Shown: positions 54,443-64,000 of the stretch, one piece after another | How positions within the stretch are numbered: position 1 is the stretch's first letter | Layout: the number at the start of each line of letters is the position of its first letter | Assembly: GCF_964204645.1 (NCBI RefSeq) | Contig: NC_134025.1 | Location: 10,354,001-10,418,000, forward strand | Reading direction: 5' to 3' | Length of the DNA: 64,000 nt | DNA from: Tubulanus polymorphus | Lineage: Eukaryota > Animalia > Nemertea | The notes under the pieces: model-generated | What the model saw: only the letters and a program-made list of their open reading frames with translations | Databases searched by the model: none | Told to the model about the DNA's origin: nothing | Program-made: the position numbers and the translations under genes

Positions 54443-55568
54443 ATAGTGTTCAGAAATTCAAGCGACTGCTACAAACAATAGTAAAAATATCAATGTGTAC
54501 ATATAATATATGCTTTTTGTAAATTTTGCTTTTCATTGCTATTTGACCACTCTTGATTATCAATACTGTGAATTAGAGTTTGTCAAATAAACTTAAGTTT
54601 AAAACCACTTATGGATCGAACTTCGATGACTCAATTTCCACTAACAACAGGGCCCTGACTACTTTCTGAGCAACTGATCCATCTTGTTCTCATAAAGGCA
54701 AGACCTTGTTCCGGTTGAAAGCCATCGAAGCAATTATCTTAAGACTAACGACACGAGAGACAAAAACAAACCGTCCCTTCGCCGAAAAAAAAAAAAAGAT
54801 GACGGCGATTGCCGTTAATTTTCAAATGCAGGATATCCGGGCCCGAATTGAATATCGATATTAGGCATTAGTAAATCCGCTGTTGCAGCAGCATCGCGCG
54901 AGCAAGCACGCGGTTGCATCGACTACCGCTGGGTCACGATCAATAATTCGGCTGAAATTCCAGGTAAAACGTTTTAATACTTCATTAAATCAGTCTTTTA
55001 TTGTGTGTTTTTCCGACTAATGAAACGTTCGCGGGTCATGCGCGTGCATATTTTCATCTCGGCTGTCTTCGCGTGTGCATGTTCTCGCCGCGCGTGATGT
55101 ACCGTACGTGCGCGTTAATCCGCCAGTTAATTTTTCACCGTCGACGACGACGGAGATTCGAGACGTGGACGACGGAAAAACGCCGTGCCCGAGTACCGAC
55201 TACGTCCAATCAATACGCGCGATAATTACTACAAACAAGCCATAAGCGACAACAGTTCTCAAGCTCGGGCTCGAAATCTTAAATAACCATGCGTTAGTTC
55301 CCATTGCATTTTATAAATGTTTTATCTAGGGCCAATAGCTAAATATCGTCGAGACGACTTTTTGAATTTTTGAATATATGGGGTCATCTTCAAGGTCATG
55401 GTGCTGAAAAACAGTTTTTAATGCCTACTTCCGCCATTAGGTGGCGCACTGAACTCATTCTTTGCACTGCACAGCTAGACCCCCATACTAACATTGTACC
55501 CAAATTTCATCAAGATCGACCAACTATTAACAAAGGCACTGAAGCTAGAGAACCAAAAACTCTTATTA

Positions 55569-55791
55569 CAAAGCTACCAACCGCTGAAAAGTGCTCAGTA
55601 ACAAATTGAATTTTCTTTTTCAGTAAAATTTCATTGAAATATGAAAGAATATGTTCAAATTGATCAGTAATCAACAGTAAGACCTACAGTAACATCTATC
55701 ATATTTCTGTACGCATCAAACGAATCAAATCAGCATTTCTCGTTATAAAATCGTAACAAATACTGAAAATCAGGAACAGTTGGCAGCCCCG
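55569..55791. mobile_element. Family C MITE, second copy
   Basis: Same CAGTAAC-rich body; ends CAAAGCTACCAAC / GTTGGCAGCCCCG; flanks TTATTA / TTATGA. Confidence 0.8.
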
Positions 55792-57676
55792 TTATGACAA
55801 TGACAGATAGACGGGTGCACGGATGGACGTAGGCCTAAATGTCATAGTAAAAAGAAAAAACAAATAAATAAATCGATAAAATGCGTCCCATGTCCTTCTA
55901 ATCACCACTCAAACTACTCATTAATGATTCTATCGTGACGGATCAATAAACTCCTGGAAAACATGATCAATCGCCAATTTTTACCTGTTACGACGAAATC
56001 AATTTGATCGAGCATGCGCGGGCATTGAAATCTATATCCACGAATAGACTACGCGATATCGATTAGTCAGATTGAGTCTCTCTATCTCTCTGTGATTTTT
56101 GAATCTATCGGATGCATCGTACTCACGGGCAAAACTCATTAAAAATTGTATAACATCCCGACATTTACACATGCCCGCACGCGCTGAGGATGCGGCGCAC
56201 GATCAACTTCCATATGCTAAATATTTATCCTAGCAGACTATCAAAGCTGATATATTGGCCGCAATTTTTTCATCGACGTTGTTTCAAAAAAAAAAGCGGT
56301 GACTACTTGCACGGGGATGGGGAGGTATCTCGATGATTTGAAAACCGAAAACAAAGGTGTCATGCTAAAAATAATTCTCAAAAAGACACACATACGTACT
56401 GAGGCGTTTCTTTTCTATTTTCTATTTAAACAAGTGGAGGAAATAACAAAATAACACATGGAATTATATTACTTCCTTTTCAATCAAACCAGTTCTCCAG
56501 AACCGGATGTCAAAACCTACTATTGTAATGCCAAGTATATTTCTTATGGCACTGTTTACCAACGATAAGGAAAGGAGTAGACTTGAAAAGTTATTTTTAA
56601 TAATAATTTTAAAAAAGTGATTTAGATATCCACTGAATAAAAACCCGAAGAAATGAAAGTCTACTACTGTCATCTGACCTAGAACTGTTATCTCATTACA
56701 ATTTCCAAGAACCGGCAAGATTGTTTGAGCACCTTTTATAGTGATTTATAGGCAGGCTAGATATGAGCCACCAAGAGATATGAAAATTTGATACGTTAAT
56801 AAATTTCAAGAAATACATAAAGTAAATAGTAAATACATAAAGGTATAAGTACGAATATTACTGGATGAACTACGCAGAATAGCTTCATGTTTATCACACC
56901 GGTGTAATAAGCAACCAGCCCCCAATGAACCTACAAACTATACTAAGAGCTTTTGTTACACGCAAGCTCGCGTATCAGTATTTAACCTTTTAACAGGTGG
57001 AAATAAAACCAAGAGTCAGGCAAAAAACAGTAGACTTTCCGGGTTCAATCCAATTACTCATATATACTGAATTTGTTAAGTGAATCCATTCGAAAATGGT
57101 ATACAAAGCCAACAATATTCTTTTATCAAATACCTATTACCGAGAGATAGTACTTTTTTGGATAAGGTCCCCCTATAACTGTATGAGAACTAGGCTTTTA
57201 GGGTAAAATTTTCAATAAGTGAAAAATAGGGTCGCATATAGTGCCATTTGATAACCTGTGGAAGGAAGGAATTCAACTTTGAATATAGTTAAGTTCTAAA
57301 AATCAACAACACAATTCGAAAAATTGATTTTATCGAAAGATCCTAAAATACCAGTAACAAGAAGCACAATCAAATGGCTAAATGGCATAATGAATTAATT
57401 CCTTATGACCGATATGGTCACGTTGAGCACTCATACTTTTATAAGACGAATTATTTTCATGAAATTTGGCTATGGCTTACTTCTATTATACCAGTATCGC
57501 AGAGCATAATCATTCTATGTGGTTTAATAGAAAATTGTAATTCATTTACTCTCGTACAAGAACAGATAAATCCCTATCGTTTATACGTTCAGAGTGCAAG
57601 CTAATCGTCACATCAGATATTATATAGAAGGATAGGAGCCCGTGTTGTAATTGTTAGTATACACATATACACATAC

Positions 57677-57764
57677 CGTTATCTAGATGAATCAAATCCA
57701 TGCATCCTACGATCTTTACGGATACCGAAAGCAATAAAATCCACCAGAAATATTTCAGGCCCAT
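57677..57764 (-). CDS. First coding exon (signal peptide) of an unidentified secreted or cell-surface protein gene, divergent from CPS
   Basis: Minus strand reads gaagATGG (good Kozak) then MGLKYFWWILLLSVSVKIVGCMDLIHLDN + 1 nt and donor AACG|GTATGT. It has a basic n-region, hydrophobic core, small residues (VGC) and a phase-1 junction. Too short to appear in the ORF track. Confidence 0.7.
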
Positions 57765-57899
57765 CTTCGACCCTCCTTCGTCGCCGTGACAGTCACGATT
57801 TCAGTTGTTATCCGATTAAAAACTTTTAAAAAGTCGCAATATAAAACGACGACGGTGACATCGTTTAGTAGTAGTACATCGCTAGTTGTGAAGTTTGCG

Positions 57900-58005
57900 T
57901 GTGTTTGATAGTAAAGCCGTAGCGGAACTACGTCATTCGTTGCATATTCATCGCGCGAGCGATTGGTCGGGAAAGCGCGCGAAAAAACTTGTTCGCGCAA
58001 AATGT
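57900..58005 (-). promoter_or_regulatory. CpG-rich promoter candidate for the minus-strand gene
   Basis: CCAAT box on the minus strand (GATTGG 57961-57966), TGACG half-site, octamer-like TGAATATGCAA, E2F-like GCGCGAAA and several CGCG, all 140-240 nt upstream of the ATG. Confidence 0.5.
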
Positions 58006-58726
58006 GCCCAAAATCTCCGGTTGACCTCAGGGCCGGTTCCAGAGGATATACGAAGGCAAATGTCCGAAATAGAAAAGGCGCAGTTCATGTTTGTTTTTGA
58101 TTCGAGCTATAGCTCGAAAAACAACATTAGAAATTTCTAATAATTTGAAAATGACATTTTTTTGAAATAAAATAAACGCGTTATAGAATTCATCTTTACT
58201 CGCATATCATATTTCGCTGAGAACTAACGATTCCTACTTTCAAGAAAATAGCATCATTTTCAAAATATGTCCAATTTGTCAAATCAAACGATGATTTGAA
58301 ATCGATATTCTAAGTTAGATGGCGCCACCTCCTAGATCGTAAAATGATCTTTTTCCAACCCTCGAAAAAAACATCGTAAAACCATCTTTAGGCTATAAAA
58401 TGAAAATATAGCCATATTTCTTGGAAAAGATGTTATGTAATCGTTATCACACTGTTAATCCATAAATCATCGATTAGAAACCGCATTTCGTGAAAGTTTT
58501 GTGTACGATCAGTTCTTCTCAGACTTGATCATTTTTTGTTTTGTATTCGATATCCTTAGATTTGCTTTCCATAAAGGTTGAAAAATAAAAGGATTTCAGA
58601 CAACTTAATGAGCAAAAGAAGGCAGCTGTTGTGCGCACAGATGTTCTCTGTGACAAGCCTGGATCGAACGAAGCCAGCGCACGGTGTCGCCTCATACACG
58701 AGTCAGACACGACCGTCATAAAAAAC

Positions 58727-58783
58727 TATAAACTATTGAAACGGTTGTCTGTGCGGCTATATAACAGTACATAAGCGGTAAGT
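58727..58783 (+). promoter_or_regulatory. Putative CPS core promoter and short non-coding first exon
   Basis: TATAAA at 58727-58732; consensus donor AAGCG|GTAAGT (GT at 58778); matching acceptor ttgttgatag ending at 59090, 15 nt before the ATG. Inferred from motifs only. Confidence 0.5.
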
Positions 58784-59105
58784 AAACAGTGTCTATCTAA
58801 TTCCCATGATATTCAAACCCAGAAAAAAAAACAGGTGATAACCATTATTTTGCAAATTCAGGTGCAATAGTGGGTAATTGAAAAAACTCCGCTAACTGAC
58901 CTACAGTTTGCTATTGGCATATTCGAGGAAAAAAATTCTAGTGAACCTCAAAATGAAAGACAATTCGTTATTTCCTTAAGCTGAAAATGATTTTAAGCGA
59001 ATTTGAACTGAAAAATCGGCTACACAAAAATCCATTTACATTCTACTTCGCTATGCAATAGAAATGGATATATGTATTCATTGTTGATAGGCTATAGATA
59101 AGAAA

Positions 59106-64000
<4,895 letters not shown>

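Larger units (their letters stand above)
1..57676 (-). other. Putative giant phase-1 first intron of the minus-strand gene (up to >=57 kb, 3' end not identified)
   Basis: Begins at the GTATGT donor (57676). I could not recognise a convincing protein-coding exon downstream. The region consists of MITEs, SINEs and CpG-rich non-coding blocks and contains two minus-strand AG|GT junctions. Confidence 0.55.

Noticed and set aside
55975-56010. Minus-strand taaCAG|GTAAAA
   Set aside because: Poor pyrimidine tract and only 1.7 kb from exon 1; compatible with chance

Overview
AT-rich animal (invertebrate-type) genomic DNA with no prokaryotic genes and no CRISPR array. Almost all ORFs in the supplied track are artefacts of repeats, microsatellites or exon-plus-intron read-through. 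The last 5 kb (+ strand, 59106-64000, running off the window) hold 16 coding exons of a mitochondrial carbamoyl-phosphate synthetase of the CPS1/CPS III lineage that keeps the glutaminase Cys. Head-to-head with it, and absent from the ORF track, is an 88-nt minus-strand coding exon (57764-57677) encoding a signal peptide, MGLKYFWWILLLSVSVKIVGC. It is followed by what appears to be a giant phase-1 intron covering most or all of the remaining 57 kb. That intron carries two near-consensus minus-strand branchpoint / polypyrimidine / AG|GT junctions (37606/37605 and 10347/10346), about 20 and 27 kb apart. These look like recursive-splicing ratchet points and are the main finding. The intron is also densely populated by short non-autonomous DNA transposons (a TTAA piggyBac-type MITE, PIF/Harbinger-type MITEs with 3-bp TSDs, CAG-terminated MITEs with 5-6 bp TSDs, several nested), tRNA-derived SINEs and LINE/Penelope tail remnants, which alternate with CpG-rich unique blocks. 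Gene models were read by hand and have no transcript or database support.
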